Assembly: GCF_006345805.1 (NCBI RefSeq)
Contig: NW_021831855.1
Coordinates: 4,970-68,969, forward strand
Source of the DNA: Octopus sinensis
Lineage: Eukaryota
Length of the DNA stretch: 64,000 nucleotides
Direction: 5' to 3'
Shown piece after piece: positions 25,256 to 37,827 of this stretch. Made by a program: the position numbers and the translations under genes. Each line of letters begins with the position of its first letter. Within the stretch, counting starts at the first letter, position 1. Below the pieces are notes generated by a model, which saw nothing but the letters and a program-made list of their open reading frames with translations, searched no databases and was not told the DNA's origin.

Positions 25256-25343
25256 ATATATATATATTATATGTAGATCCCGGGTTGAGTCGGGGTTAAC
25301 CACAGTAAATAGGTACTCAATACATGGCAGAGTAAATTAATTT

Positions 25344-25464
25344 ATTTTATAGAAGGAGCTTCTACAGGACTAGAACTGTTTCATTCAAATGAAATCATCA
25401 GGAAGCTTTCTGATGATTTCATTTGAATGAAACAGTTCTAGTCCTGTAGAAGCTCCTTCTATAA

Positions 25465-25467
<3 letters not shown>
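25344..25467. repeat. loop-less palindrome with 62-bp arms
   Basis: Centred on AAGCTT (25403-25408), with one mismatch. Confidence 0.95.
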
Positions 25468-25542
<75 letters not shown>

Positions 25543-25635
25543 AGTTCAGCAAAATTTAGATTCAGATGAATATGGTACTTAAGTTAGATGCAGCAGAACT
25601 TTGTATGGTGTTATCCATTTAAATCCATGGGGTTT

Positions 25636-25914
25636 AATCAAAATAAGCAACAAGAATATCTCCGGTAATTTGGTAAGATAAGCTCTACTACCTCAATGTT
25701 CTTAAAATTCAAATCAACATCTTGTCTATATATCTACCTTCTCTATAATGTTATCAATTAATATGAAAAATATGTATTAATGGGAAACCTCTATAAATGG
25801 CTGATGATTGCTCAACATTTAAAAAACTGTTGTAATATTTACAATATTTAATAAAATGATGTAGCGTGAAATGATCGTATCAAATTACCGGAGATATTCT
25901 TGTTGCTTATTTTG

Positions 25915-25918
<4 letters not shown>
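25636..25918. repeat. ~37-bp inverted repeats (MITE-like or fold-back)
   Basis: TAATCAAAATAAGCAACAAGAATATCTCCGGTAATTTG and its reverse complement at 25881-25918. Confidence 0.75.
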
Positions 25919-25960
<42 letters not shown>

Positions 25961-26618
25961 AGTATTAATAAAATCTTTTTTCCATCTATTTTATTAATAC
26001 TGTTACCTCAACTACCACTATGAAGTTCCTGCAATCTACGGATAATAACAGGTAATCGAAACTGTGCTGATGCTTTACTCATCATCCACTTATACATTTT
26101 GTATAATTTCTCCATTATATATATATAAAGATGAAACAAAACGCAATAGAGGGCATTAAAACGTTCGGACAGATAGACGATACAAAGGTGGACAAGAGAA
26201 ACAACAATTAGAGGGACAAGAAAAAAAGGACGGGTCATTCGTGACTTTCTTTTTTCAGTCAAGTCCCAGAAGTCACGACCATTTCGGGAAACCCCCACAC
26301 TTGATGTCTGTCTTTGTATTACCCCACCCTCAAGTTCCGCCCTGATGACAAAAGAAATCATCATCATTATTATTATCATTTTAAAGGCGGTGAGCTGGAT
26401 GAATCGTTAGCACGCCGGGCGAAATGCTTAGCGGTGTTTCTCTCGTCGCTACGTTCTGAGTTCAAATTCCACTGGGGTCGATAAATTAAGTACTAGTGAA
26501 ATACTGGGGTTAATGTAATAGACTTAATCCCTTCTCCCAAAACTTCAGGTCTTATGCCTATAATAGAAAGGATTATCATGATTAATCATCATTATTATTA
26601 TCATTATTATTATTATTG

Positions 26619-27173
26619 AGTGAGCGAGCAGAGCATGCCATCGAAGTGACACTGGGGTAAAATATATGAAGCCCAGTATACCCATCATGACTACCCGTCT
26701 GATAAGGGTACACCAGGAACATGCATCACAACCATATGTGCGCGACATGGTGATCTCATATCAAGATAAACAGCACATGACCTTGCAGGTGGAGCCCAGT
26801 TAGAATTTTCTTCAGATCGAGTAACCCATCCCGCTCAAAAGGTCCCTGAATAAGGCTTGTTTAAGGATGTTGAACGAAACACCCATGTTTCCAGAGGTGA
26901 ATTATTCAAACCCCAAAGAATCCTTCTCAACACATGGCTATGATGCTCCCCCACTACTTCTGCTCGTGATCAGAGATGCACATATCGTCAGCCACTAAGG
27001 GGCATGCTCAACTGGTTAAGGTCAAACAACTGACAAGCAAATCTGTGGTATTGAGCAGAAAATTTGCTGTAGCCCATCTTTTATACCAAGACAAAACAAT
27101 GTACATGATAACACTTCCAATCAGTTAAGATCAGAAGCCATGAGAGCCACTGCCTGGTACTGCATCAGGGCAT
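26619..27173 (-). mobile_element. ~550-bp non-coding element inserted in (TAA)n
   Basis: A complex, GC-richer block with sharp edges and (ATT)n tracts on both sides. The orientation is assumed from TAA targeting. Confidence 0.55.
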
Positions 27174-27822
27174 TTTATTATTATTATTATTGCTGTTGTA
27201 CCTGAAAGTCGCATTCAGTTTTGGTTCTGATAATTTTTTACAGAAAATCGCCTCATTTTTATCAGAAGGGGTTTAAATAATTTGCATTTTTTCTTTAACT
27301 CTGTATCCAATTACACTAAAAAGTTCGCACCAAAGCTGCCGACCCTTTGCGGAACAGTTGTGTGCCGCGGCATAGTGATTGAAAATGTTTGCTCTATCCG
27401 TTCTATAAACCGCGCCCTGCCCCTCCAAAAATATCAACCGTACAAAATTACAAAGCCAAAAAAAAGGGGAAAAATCAATAACAATAACAACTACGACAGT
27501 AGTAACAAGGAGAGCAACAAGAACAGAAGCAATAATAATAACAACAACAACAGAATACATAATAAAAACAACGCTTCAACAAGAATAGCAGTAAAAAGAA
27601 ATAACAAAAACAATAGCTCGAAACTAACGGAGTTAAGATATTCTGTTCACGGAATGAAATTTGAAACACACAACAACAACAACAGCAGCAGCAGCAACAA
27701 TAACAGCAACAACAAATAAAATGGACAACAATACATTTATTTCATTGCAGAGATTAAAATGGCGGATAACAACAATAACAAAAGTAACAACGACTACGGC
27801 AGCAGCATTGGCAGCAACAGCT

Positions 27823-27870
<48 letters not shown>

Positions 27871-28574
27871 ATAATAATAATAACAATAATAATAATAATA
27901 ATAAAAAAAAAATAATAATAAATGAAGCAGTAATCTCTGCATGAAAGCATGACCTGCGTGAAACAGAAGCCAAATCTACCTCGAATCTCGCGTTAACTTC
28001 TTTTGAAAATAGGAAGGATACAAACGATAAAGGCGGGATGTTCGCGAATGGAAAGCCTTTGGAGAAAGACGTAGTTGCTTGATCTGGTTGGAGTTAATCA
28101 ACAACAATAACACTAACAATTGTAGGAGCAAGAAGGAAAAAAATAACAACTACAATAAAAACAACAACCCCACAACAACATTTTGTTGATTTAAAAAAAA
28201 TGTTTTATGCATTTTTTTTGCTGTTTTCGATTTTTTTTTGCCAAAAGATTTTTATAATAAAATTTCTGAGGATTGGAAGATGAAACAGGAACGGAATGGA
28301 TAATGGCGACAAGAACAACAACAACAACAAGATAACCCACGTTCCAGGATTTGTAGATCTGCTAAAAATAGAAACGAAATCAACTTCAAATCACCGTCCT
28401 AATATAAAAGGCAGAAGGACATACTGGACATAGCGTAGTCATGGATAAATGTAAAGATTGGATGGTCACGACTGGATCGCTTTGGATAATTAATCAATTA
28501 GGTCAGTGGTGGTCTACAGCTAAATAAAAACAAAATATAAACAACAATAATTGGAAACATTTTAACGACAGTTG

Positions 28575-29320
28575 ACACAAGGCCAGCAATTTCGGAGAGA
28601 GCTAAGTCGATTACATCGACTCCAGTATATAACAGATACATATCCGAAAGGATAAAAGGCAAAAACGATCTCGGTAGAATTTGAACTCAGAACGTAAAGA
28701 CAGTAAATACCACTAACATTTCGCCCAACGTGATAACGATCCTGCCGGATGGCCGCCGGAAATAATTCCTTCTACCAAAGCACAAGACCTTAAATTTTGT
28801 GGGAGGAGATCGTCGATTTCATCGACCCTAGTGTTTCACTGGTACTTAATTTATCGGCCCCGAAAGTATGAAAGGTAAAGTTGGCCTCGGCGGAATTTGA
28901 ACTCAGAACGTAGCGACGGGTGAAATACCTATTTCTTTACTACCCACAAGGGGCTAAACACAGAGAGGACAAACAAGGACAGACAAACGGATTAAGTCGA
29001 TTATATCGACCCCGGTGCGTAACTGGTACTTATTTAATCGACCCCGAAAGGATGAAAGGCAAAGTCGAACTCGGCGGAATTTGAACTCAGAACGTAGCGG
29101 CAGACGAAACATCGCTAAGCATCTTGTCCAACATGCTAACGATTCTGCTTGCTCGCTGCATTTAATATGATTATAATAATCCTTTCTACTCTAGGCAGAA
29201 GGCCTGAAATTTGTGGTGAGTGTGTCGGCCAATCGATTAGATCAACCTCAGTGCACAACTGGTACTTAATTTATCGACCCCGAAATGATGAAAGGCAAAG
29301 TCAACTTCGGCGAAATTTGA
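28575..29320 (-). mobile_element. cluster of about four SINE family B copies, with a Tx1-like 3' tail segment at 28929-28985
   Basis: Repeated GTCGATT..ATCGACCCC...GAATTTGAACTCAGAACGTA. Confidence 0.75.
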
Positions 29321-29331
29321 ATATGATTTTA

Positions 29332-31034
29332 ATAACAAGAGCACTCAGAGAATACAAACCTCCGCCAAGGCAACACCAACGTCCTTAATTTTTTATTACC
29401 CACAAGGGGCTAAAAATAGAGGTTATACATTATTGGAGAAATAAAAATACAAAAAGAAATCGTGTAAGGAAGAAAAAATAAAAAGAACGAATGAAAATAT
29501 GAAAATGCCCACTCGACCCCCGAAGTCGAGTGGTTACATTTACACATTATTTTGGACAGGTATTTCTTTTTTTTTTATAATTTTAAAAGGTCACATAATT
29601 TTTATATATTGTATATATTAAAAAAAAAAATTATCAACTCTGTGTTCAATTACGGGTGGTAGAGTATCAAACCATACCGGACCGTCGAATGAAGTTATAT
29701 ACCATGTATATGATTTTCTGAACGCGTCGTATCTGTCGACATTCAATAGTACACACCTTTTCTCCTCCTTGAAAGGGTGAAGTAAGAGTGAAGCTACCTC
29801 CCTGGGCAGCTTCATCCTTACCAATCTCTTCCACTTGGAAATTCTCCTTTCCATATCTACATTTTTTTTTGTTAGTAAACTATGAATGCCTCATTTCTAA
29901 AACCGTGCTGTACATTCTCTACCACCGATTCTCTCTCTCTTGGTTCCGTTTCTACTGTCTGCATATGCTTAAATATAGGCGGCTCCCTAACTTCTCTTCG
30001 GTGGTAGCCACAACAGCTGCCACTAACCACTCTGGTTTTATTTCTGGTGGCACCCTCCCAATGCAAATGCGTACACTTCGCCTGCCCCTATACGTGGGCA
30101 GCAGCGTCACCTTTTCAGTGCGTAAAATAGTGGTGGAATGTGAGGCTGCCTCTTCTTTGGTGGTAAACCTCACCTCCACCGTACCATATTTCATTTCTCG
30201 ACTCACGAAAGTTGCCGTTTTCATCAGGGGTCCCAAACATTCCCCCATGTCATTTTCTGATAGAATTTCAGCTTTATTGGTGGTGACGGTGATGTACCTC
30301 TTGCGTGCGGTACATCACCGTCCTATCACTCTTATCCTCGACACCGTTTCTTCTGGAAGGACCAGCTCTACTGCACATCCCTCTCTTTGTACGAACTGCT
30401 CAATTATCTCTTCCACATTTACTGTTATCCGTTTCGCGTCCAACGGCGCAGCTGTTCCCACTCAGCGGCTTCTGCATAGCTTTTCATAATGAAAAACGTA
30501 CTATTCAGCCCCACAATGGGAAGAAAACAGTAGAAAAACAATCACGCGCGAGTTGCTCAACAATAATTTTCAACAGTGGTATACAACAATTTCAGCAACA
30601 GACATTCTCGAAGAGAAAGCCTTCAACATGTAACAACAATCCAAAACCGTGGTCAAAAATGACGAAACTCAAACAAACAAGTTGTTAGTCTGCGACACCA
30701 TCGTCCTCTCAATGATTAACCAGAGATAAGTTTTGAAATGAGAATATCTGAAATAAATTCGACTGCTCTCACAAAAGAGAATACTAAAAATGAACTCAAC
30801 CGCTCTCAAAAATTAAGCAAAAAAAAAAAAAAAAAACAGGAAACATAATCCAGAATCCTTGACCAGTATCGGATCGATCCCAAAATCTAATGAGTTCGTG
30901 CCAATTACAAGGCCAAACATCTCTGAAAGTTTCGTCCGAATCAATCTTGCGGTTCTCGAGATATCTTGTCCACAGACAAACAAACAAACGCGACCGAACA
31001 CAATACCTCCGCTTTCGCTAAGGTAGAGGTAATA
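29332..31034 (-). mobile_element. Helentron-associated non-autonomous element (HINE/DINE-type), split by a 1.3-kb insertion
   Basis: On the minus strand, the 5' end reads TTATTACCTCTACC...GCGGAGGTAT, followed by (TTTG)n/TCTG microsatellite. The 3' end reads CCTTGGCGGAGGT + short hairpin GTATTCTCTGAGTGC + TCTTGTT. This is canonical HINE architecture. Confidence 0.7.
29386..30691 (-). mobile_element. ORF1-only L1/Tx1-type non-autonomous retroelement with 16-bp TSD
   Basis: TSD GCAACACCAACGTCCT (29370-29385) / GCGACACCATCGTCCT (30692-30707). Reads MKSYAEAA from 30487 and YGTVEVRF...IGRVPPE, homologous to 48611-49377. The 3' end is AGCCCCTTGTGGGTAATAAAAAA. Confidence 0.8.
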
Positions 31035-31039
31035 ACAAT

Positions 31040-31740
31040 GAGATTGTATACAGTGCCCAGGTGCACGAAAAAAGGCGGCATCAGGTGTACTGTTGGTGAA
31101 TTTTAGAAAGCATGGAAGTTTTGAAGGATGTAGTATCTCGACAGCTAACGACTGGTACGGGTAGTTTATTCCATACTTCAGCAATTCCGAGTGTGAAAAA
31201 TATTTCCGAAAGTCATGGATGCTGTGTTGCTTTTCGAATTTGTAAGCATGTCCACAAGTATTAGATGAATGAAGTACAAAAAGGTGCCCAAGATTGTTGT
31301 CGGAGAGATGGCGGATAATCTTGTGGATGTCTACGAAGTCAGTTGCCAGACATCAGAGCTCCAATGTGTACATGTTCCAGGAAGCAAGACATTCAAAGAA
31401 CAGTAGATGCCTGACGGCGGGTATTCATTTGGTTGCACGTTTCTGAACAGTTTCCAGGAAATTCATATGCCGAGCAAGATAGGGATTCCAGATTGGTGAT
31501 GAAAACTGTGAACGTACTATAGTCATATGCAGCTTTAAACAGATAGCTGGAGAGCGGCTGATAAAAGTCTTGAGTAATGCTAAGACATCCTTCTTGACAA
31601 TCCTAGAAATGTGGTTTTTCCAAAGCGGATCGCTGTTGACAAGAATACCCAAGTCACATTAACTGGCAGACTTCATAAGGTTGGGGTTGTAGAGGGAGTA
31701 TGTAAAAACTAGCTTGAGTTGCCAGTCAGTAATCCATTAC
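31040..31740 (-). mobile_element. CR1/L2-group LINE 3' fragment, degraded
   Basis: LGILVNSD..WKNHI...SPIWNPYL...LETVQKRATK. Confidence 0.75.
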
Positions 31741-32334
31741 AGCATCAAATTTTGGCACAAGGCCAGCATGTCCGGAGGAGGAGCAAGTCGTTCACATCGA
31801 CCCCAATGTTCAACTGGTATATATCTTATCGACCTCGGTGAAATTTGAGCTCAGAACATAAAGACGGACGAAATGCTGATAAGCGTTTTGTCGGGTGTGC
31901 TAACGATTCTGCCAGCTCACTTCCTTGTGCCAGCGACAATGTTAACAACAGCAACAGTCTTGTCTCACAATCATAATTTCTTCTTAATCCTCCTCCTGCT
32001 TCTTTCTTCCTTTCTCGGAAAATTCTAGCAGCACAGGTCAAAGATTTTGGTCGAAAGTTTACGTGGTCATTGTACAGATTCGTTGAAGGTTGTTGTGTGA
32101 GACAAGTTTGATTTGCAGAAGAGATCAGGTCATAGACAAAGGAAAGTCAAGAATTTCTGCTGAAAGGTTACCTTCCATGAATATCTTAAATTGAGCATCG
32201 GATTTGTTTTTAAATACTGGCTCTGTTGCTAAAACAATAGCATAACCAATTTTTACGTTTATATAATTTTTATACATACATACATACTTTGAAGGGTATG
32301 CGTTTGCAATCCAGGAACAGGAAATATCAACCAA

Positions 32335-33172
32335 ATACCTGAGTCACAAAAGGGACAGAGATGCGGGAAAAACCGTAAAATGTGACAATCGATGCAGACT
32401 TTGTGGAGCCCACACTGAAGATATCACCCACATCATAAGTAGTTGTCTGAAAATGTCATCGTGGTATTATCTACGATGAGACATGATCTTGTAGCTAGGG
32501 CACTCTATAATGAAATCAGTAGGGATGATAATCCCGAATACAAAGAAATAAAACCCCACCATATTGCCACTCAGAATGAAGCCATTGCCACTCAGAATAA
32601 AAAGGAATACTGGTGGAATGTACCAGTGAAGACCTCAATAAAATGTAAGCACAACAGACCTGATATAATGATTTGGGACAGAGAAGAGAAACTGTGCACA
32701 GTTGTGGAAATTAGGTGCCCAGCAGATATTAACACAAAGCTGAAGATCAGTGAAAAAGAGAACACCTATGCTGAACTATTAAGAAATCTGCAGTTACTCT
32801 ATCCAGATTACAAGTTCAGGTTTATACCTGTAACTATTGTAACACGCTGCCTAAATACTAATCTTGAGAAATTAGGCTTCTCAAAAACAGTACGGAGAAA
32901 GCTAATTCGAAGACTACAGATCCAATCCATCACTGGAACTGTAACAATCTGTAAAACTTTCCAGAAGTTTATCATTTAAATATAGATGAGCGTGTTTAGA
33001 TATAAAACTATATGTATCAGAATACATCCACAAAACATACAAAATCTGCACATACATACTTACAAACAAAAATACCTTATTGTTGATGTTGAAATTCCAA
33101 TGAAGGAACCTTGGATCTAGGTTAGAAACTGGTTCTTTATTTGGCAAGAAATCTTGGAATAAACTGAATAAT
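32335..33172 (+). mobile_element. R4-clade LINE 3' fragment (CCHC + restriction-like endonuclease)
   Basis: CRLCGAHTEDITHIISSC, RHDLVA, WWNVPV...HNRPDIMIWD, VEIRCPAD, EKENTY, FIPVTI. Confidence 0.85.
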
Positions 33173-34108
33173 GATACACACACACACACGATAAAATCAT
33201 TAAAGTGATTTTATCCTTAATTCTATAAAGAATAAAAATAAACAAATAAATAAAATACACACATGTATGATGATGGATATGTATATTTGTATAGCTGCAA
33301 ATTTTATATACATCCTCGCATAATTTTATATAGAAGTTTAACTGTGTATATATGTATGGGTATATGTTGGAAGAAGTGTCACTATACTAATATAAAACCT
33401 TCATCCATCTTTATATGAAGAAGGGAATTTTCTATTTCCAAAAAGTTGATATGGTTTCTGAAAACTCTGGCTATTATTTCTAACAGGTTTATTTACCACA
33501 TAGAGACTCCGTTAGTTGTTAGTGTTTAGTTCAAGTAAGGCCTGATGGAGCAAACCTATGTTAAAGGGGTTTCTAGTCGTGACTACCTTGCCTTTCTATC
33601 AGGGAGCACATCATAAAACATGCTCTCCTCTGATTGAAGACGTAAGGTATGTGATTCAGGGGATGTTAGCTGATGTTTCTAGCAATTCGGGATACCTTTC
33701 AGTGGTTCAGTCGTTGATTCTGCGTCGAGGTATTTTTGTTGCTGTTAAAAACTAGGTGTAGTCTGATGGACCAGACATATACTAAACGGTGTTCAAACCG
33801 TGACGCTCACCTCTCTATACTTTAGAGACTTCGTTGCTCATACTGTATATGATTTAAAGAGATTGATGTCGGATTTCGTGCAGGATAATCTCACCTCGTT
33901 TTTGAAAGAGGTGAGATATATCGGTTGGGAAAATCTGCCCAGTTATTCTAGTTTGGATAGATAAATAGATATTCCACACACGCTCATACACACACATATA
34001 TAAATAAACATACATATACTCATGAAGTCAGAACGATTTGTATAGATCTGTTCATATATATTTATATATATATACGTACATATATTTATATACAAAAAAT
34101 GTATTGTG

Positions 34109-34155
<47 letters not shown>

Positions 34156-34168
34156 AAACACACACATG

Positions 34169-34199
<31 letters not shown>

Positions 34200-34490
34200 T
34201 ATATATATTATATATATATATATATATATTACATACACTTCCATATATACAATCTTTCAGAGGGAAAGAAAAGCTGTTTAAGATTCCGCAGGAAACAGTA
34301 AGTTTGAGAGAATCCTTGCTGCTACTGGTAGTGGTGGGGGTGGCGGTGCATTGGCGGAATAGCAGAATAATAATGGATTGCCTGTAGACGGAAGGTTCTG
34401 AGTTTACCAAATATTCTCCAAGCCTGGATCTAATCCCCGAAATGCTACAGGCAAACCAATGGAGAAATAGAGAGATTAATTGATAGTTGA

Positions 34491-34539
<49 letters not shown>

Positions 34540-34688
34540 TGGAGAGAAAGTGAAAGAGAGAGAGATTGAGTGAAGAAGGAGAGATTAAGTTAGAGAGAGG
34601 AAGGGAGAATTCTTTGTCTTGAGAGTATTTCTTATTTCTTTTAACTTGGAACGTTCTTACATGTATGTGCAAGAGAAGCAGAATTGAC

Positions 34689-34790
<102 letters not shown>

Positions 34791-34881
34791 GGGGAGAGGT
34801 GGGCTGAGTAAATGGAAGGAAGGAAGAAAGTAATATATCTATATATCAGTACTTACATAAATGTGTGTGTGTGTGTGTATG

Positions 34882-34956
<75 letters not shown>

Positions 34957-35380
34957 TATGATTTCGCTTAGGCATTGGCGTGTATGATCGTAAGATTGTG
35001 GTTTCGATTCCTGGAGCGGGTGATGTGTTGTGTTCTCGAGCAAAACACTCTACTTCACGTTGCTCCAGTCCACTCAGATGGCAAAAAGGAGTTAATTCCA
35101 TCCAGATAGGGAATATATACGCCACGGAAAATCGGGAAACCGGCCCTTATGACTCGGGAAGGAACTTTACTTAAGCATAAGGATATTAATACCCATAATC
35201 TTACAGCTTCTTAGAAGTCATTAATATGCATATATGTATATATAAATAGGAAATACTGGCACAACAAAGTACCAAGTTTTGCTGGAAATAGCAGTCGATA
35301 ACCAATAACCTTGTTGTGCCACTATTTCCGGTTTACAATTTTACATTTCCTGTGCTTTATTTAGCTAGAAAATAATATTT

Positions 35381-36195
35381 GGATCCTTTCCTTTTGAACG
35401 GCAGATGTCAACACAATTTCTAGTTAACTGAACACTTTTAAACTTCGTATACTGGTAGAATGTGTTTATAAAACATCATTTTCTCTTGGTTTTATTGAGA
35501 AAATTCTATAGTTTGTAAGATATTTCGTCTGAAAATCCGAGCATTTCGGCAATTTTAACCAATACATTACCTCCATTTAGGTAAACAACATTTGCTGCGT
35601 CTAAAACCGAGACAAAATCCTGCAACAAACCCTCCCCTCTCCCTAACCCTAATTTTTTTTTTCTTAATTGATAAATTAATGTAATTGTTACGCGTGTAAA
35701 AATAACTAAAGCAATGGAAAATAAAAAAAAAAATTAACATACAAAATAATTCTATAATTTTATACACACGCTTTCCGTACGTATACGAAAGCGTGTGTTA
35801 CGGAAAGCGTGTATATAAAATTATAAAATTATTTTGTATGTTAATTTTTTAAATTATTTTCCATTGCTTTCGTTTTTTTTTTACACGCGTAACAATGAAA
35901 TTAATTTAACAATTAAGAAAAAAAAAATTAGGGTTAGGGTTAGGGCTGGGGGGGGGGGTTAGGGTCAGTTACAGGATTTTGTCTCAGTTTTAGACGCAGC
36001 AAATGATTCTAGCTCAAAAGAGAGCATAGGATTGGTTAAAATTCGAAAAATTAAACTACGTTAAACAAACAAATTACAATTTTCTCAAGAAAGCCAAGAG
36101 AAAAAAATGTTTTATTTTGACACATTCTACCAGTATACGAAGTTTTAAAGTGTTTAGTTAACTAGAAATGTCTGCCGTTCAAAAGGAAAAGATCC
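35381..36195. mobile_element. fully palindromic non-autonomous DNA transposon, Merlin-like, with 8-bp TSD TAATATTT
   Basis: Termini GGATC..TTCCTTTTGAACGGC / GCCGTTCAAAAGGAAAAGATCC. TSD at 35373-35380 and 36196-36203. The arms pair to the centre at ~35780. Confidence 0.85.
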
Positions 36196-36225
36196 TAATA
36201 TTTTATTGCAATAATAATAATAATG

Positions 36226-36284
<59 letters not shown>

Positions 36285-36926
36285 AAATACAAACTGGGAC
36301 AAGAACGCAAAACATTTAGAAGACGATACAAAAGACGGACGGGACATTCGAAGCCTTCAATCTTCAGTCAAGAACCGGATCATCCTCGCAATTTCGGCTG
36401 ATTAATCTTGAGATTGCTCCAATCTGGCCAGCCTAAGGAAAAATTAAGCTAAGCGCATTAGATTCCTTGGAAGAAAGCTTCGAATGTATACAAAACAAGG
36501 ACGGAAAAACGGACGATGTTACACGAATATGAATACAAAAATAATACGTAAAAACAATAATAATAACAACAATAGCAGCACATCACAAACAGGCGTCTTT
36601 CAACTTAGACAAATTTAACTCAGCTGGAGTGTTAGGAATGTGCCTTGGGGCAGAGAAAAACAATGTTGATGTTACCACGACTGCTGCCAGACCCAAAAGG
36701 CCAGTAGTCGGTCAGTCAGTCACGTGTGAAGAGAAGAGAGGGAAAGAGGGACAGAGGAATTAAGGAGGGGGAGAAGAGAGAGAGAAAAAGAGGAACAAGG
36801 AATTAAGGTGGACAGGAAGAGAGAGAAAAAGAAACAGGGACAAAGTGAAGTGCAAAGTAAGAAAGGCAAAGAAATGTAGGAGAGGGGGGAGAGACAGTGT
36901 TCTAGAGTCGTACCACGTTTAGAGAA

Positions 36927-36980
<54 letters not shown>

Positions 36981-37019
36981 ATAAAAATGGTAAGACAACA
37001 AAAGAATGAAAGAGACCTC

Positions 37020-37827
37020 GGATCTTTTCCTTTTGAACGGCACTTTTCAACACAATTTCTAGTTAACTAAACACTTTTAAACATCGTATACTGGTAGAAT
37101 GTGTTTATAAAACATCATCTTTTCTTGGTTTTCTTGAGAAAATTCTATAGTTTGTAACATATTTCCACTATAAAATCGAGCATTTCGGCAATTTTAACCA
37201 ATCAAATACGTCCATTTGGAGTCAAAACATACCGTGCTGTATGAATATGCCCCTCGTTTAAGAAACAGATTGGGTTTATTTACATTTGCGAAGAAAAAAA
37301 AATACCCTTCCCCTAATCCTAAAATAGATTGAGATGCAATAGATCGATACTAGGGCCATAATTATGGGTGACATGTTCATTTGACACCGCTAGAAAAAAA
37401 TCCCATTTTCCGCAGCGGTGTCGTATGAAATTGTCACCCATAATTATGACCCTAGTATCGATCTATTGCATTTCAATCTATTATAGGATTAGGGTTAGGG
37501 GTGAGGTTAGGGTTAGGTGTGGGGTTAGGGGTGGGGGAAGGGTATCTTTTTTTCTTTGCAAATGTAAATAAACCCAATCTGTTTCTTAAACGAGGGGCAT
37601 ATTCATACAGCACGGAATCTTTTCACCCCAAATGGAGGTGAGCGATTGGTTAAAATTGCCGAAATGCTCGATTTTAAAGTGGAAATATGTTACAACATAT
37701 AGAATTTTTTCCAAAAAAACAAGAAAAAATGATGTTTTATAAACACATTCTACCAGTATACGAAGTTTAAAAGTGTTTAGTTAACTAGAAATTGTATTGA
37801 CATCTGCCGTTCAAAAGGAAAAGATCC
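37020..37827. mobile_element. second Merlin-like fold-back element with 8-bp TSD GAGACCTC
   Basis: Same outer ~200-bp TIRs. TSD at 37012-37019 and 37828-37835. The inner palindrome is different and carries TTAGGG-like repeats. Confidence 0.88.

Noticed and set aside
29788-30489. 233-aa plus-strand ORF
   Set aside because: It is the antisense shadow of the minus-strand ORF1-like sequence.
35928-35965. True telomere or chromosome-fusion relic
   Set aside because: Only a few degenerate TTAGGG units, located inside a TSD-flanked transposon.
36335-36375. Further hammerhead candidates on the minus strand (also 26230-26265 and 39665-39735)
   Set aside because: The core or GAAA/stem I is too degenerate to call.
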